A stretch of DNA of 64,000 nt from Sphaerodactylus townsendi (taxonomy: Eukaryota): NCBI RefSeq assembly GCF_021028975.2, contig NC_059427.1, positions 45,508,001 through 45,572,000 on the forward strand. Reading direction: 5' to 3'. Both the position numbers and the translations under genes were made by a program. The notes beneath the pieces are model-generated. The model made no database searches, was not told the origin of the DNA, and saw nothing but the letters and a program-made list of their open reading frames with translations. Positions 62,263-64,000 of this stretch are shown one piece after another (the stretch's first letter is position 1; the number at the start of each line of letters is the position of its first letter).

Positions 62263-62917
62263 GAAAGTGCACAATTTGACTCTGGGTTAGTACTAAATGG
62301 CTTAGTATCTAAATGGCTTAAAACACTCATTAAATCCAAATGTCCGAATCCACCAAGGTAGGCTGGCAACCAGCAAGAAACTAACCTGGGAGAGGGGCCA
62401 GAAATTCTGTCATTACACCAGGATGCTGCCAATTGCCCCAATTCCTCCCCATTTTTCTCCCACATCCCAGCAGAGAAGCAGGAAAGGCTGTTGGGGACAT
62501 GAGGTAACAACCCTGCAATTAAGTCACTAAGTACCCCTTACTTTCTACTGTGGGATATATGAATCCTTACATGATTGCCTATTTCCAATTTACCAATGAA
62601 TGGCTGACTTTCAACTAGGCCTATGCTCTTAGGACTAATAAGAAACCTGTTGCTATGCCTTCACTTCTTCGTCCTTCCTACAAAGTTCTTTAGCATCAAC
62701 CTTTGCAGCTTCTGCCCTTTAATCATTGTCAGTAGCATCTACCTTCACTTGCTTATATGCCTCTACCCTGTCTTCACTTGCTTGTATGCCTGCTTGTTCA
62801 TGGTTCCAGAGTTGCCATCCCCAGATTGGAAAATCCCTGGAGATTTGAAGGTGGAGTTTGGGAAGAAAAGGATTTTAGTGGGCTATAATAGCATGGAATT
62901 CACCCTCTAAAGCAGCC

Positions 62918-64000
62918 ATTTTATTTATTTATTCGATTTATTAGACGGCCCTACCACCCGAAGGGCTCAGGGTGGTTTACAGGCAACCAAACACAATACA
63001 TTGCAACTAAAACAATCGAATAATCCCAATTAAAACAATAAATACAATAAAAATAGCAGCAATAACCTTTCCATAATTAATAAATTAGGTGGCTTGCGTC
63101 TGGTAAAACCCCGGGAGGGGACTGGCAGATTTTCAGATAAGCCGATGACACATAGGGCAACAGAGAGGGCGGACTCAGTGGCCAGCCTCCCCAAAAGCCC
63201 GGTGGAACAGCTCGGTTTTACAGGCCCTGCGGAACTCCCCAAGGTCTCAGGGCCCTAACAGCTGGAGGAAGAGCGTTCCACCAGGCAGGGGCCATAGCTG
63301 TAAAAGCCCTGGCACAGGTGGAGGCTAGCCGCAACATAGGGGGACAAGGGACCACCAGTAAATTTGCCTCTGCCCAACGGAGAGAGCGACTCGGGACATA
63401 TGGGGTAAGGCGGTCTCGCAGGTATGAGGGCCCCAGGCCGTAAAGGGCCTTAAAGGTCAATACCAACACCATGAAGATAATCCAGAACTCCACTGGGAGC
63501 CAGTGCAGGCGGCACAACACGGGGGTAATATGATCTCTAAGTGAACCACCCGTGAGAAGACGGCCACTGCATTCTGGACCAGCTTCAATTTCCGGATCAG
63601 CTGCAAGGGAAGGGCCGCATAGAGCAAGTTACAATAGTCCAAAATGAAGGTGACCGTTGCATGGATCACTGTGGCCAGATCGACCTGGGAGAGATAGGGG
63701 GCCAGCCACAGGGCCTGGCGAAGATGGAAAAAAGCAACCCGAGTTACATGTACCACCTGGGTCTCTACTGAAAGAGACAAGTCCAGGTGGACACCCAGGT
63801 TGTGAGCCGAAAGGGTCAGTGCCAAAGAGACCCCTTCTAACACCAGCAGCTAGAAATTCCTAATCTCCCCCTTGCGACCCAGCCAGAGGACCTCCGTCTT
63901 TGTTGGATTAAGTTTCAAGCTGCTCTGCTTCAACCAACCAGCGACCGCCTCCAAACAATGCTGTAGAGCCACAGGGGCAGCGGCCGCCCCGCCCCCCCCC
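62918..64000 (-). mobile_element. L2-clade LINE 3' portion, continuing beyond the window
   Basis: ORF2 C-terminus AFFHLRQ...LDYCNLLY...LKLVQNA / LHWLPVEF...LTFKALYGLGPSYLRDRL...WWNALP; (TAAA)n tail near 62918-62935. Confidence 0.9.

Noticed and set aside
1-64000. A novel prokaryote-style system (operon, CRISPR array, retron or defence island) suggested by the RT ORF and palindromes
   Set aside because: The window is a spliced vertebrate gene. The RT is a LINE ORF2 with endonuclease and TSD, the palindromes are MITEs with TSDs, and there is no repeat-spacer array.

Overview
Vertebrate genomic DNA, not prokaryotic. The repeat content (5S-headed Sauria-type SINE, Squam3/MIR-type SINEs, CR1, L2, RTE-X-like LINE) suggests a squamate reptile, probably a gecko; this taxon call is inference. 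The window lies inside SRGAP3 (SLIT-ROBO Rho GTPase-activating protein 3) on the minus strand. I placed 12 consecutive exons by GT-AG boundaries and reading phase, giving 1426 coding nt that cover the F-BAR extension, linker and the RhoGAP domain with an intact arginine finger. A 13th exon of 31 nt is mutually exclusive with a 103-nt proline-rich exon. I found no exon in 36097-64000 or 1-4013. The introns hold many mobile elements: a 5.1-kb RTE-X-like LINE with a 14-bp TSD, CR1 and L2 fragments, a decayed DIRS-like retrotransposon, a complete ~1-kb non-autonomous Helitron, an OposCharlie1-like hAT, a Tc2/pogo-like element, and several palindromic MITEs, one a perfect 148-bp palindrome. Several duplication-plus-filler scars resemble templated DNA repair. 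I see no previously undescribed gene system; the best leads are the splicing switch and its flanking motifs, the perfect palindrome, the transposons resembling horizontally transferred families, and the repair scars. TE family names come from recalled consensus motifs, not database searches.
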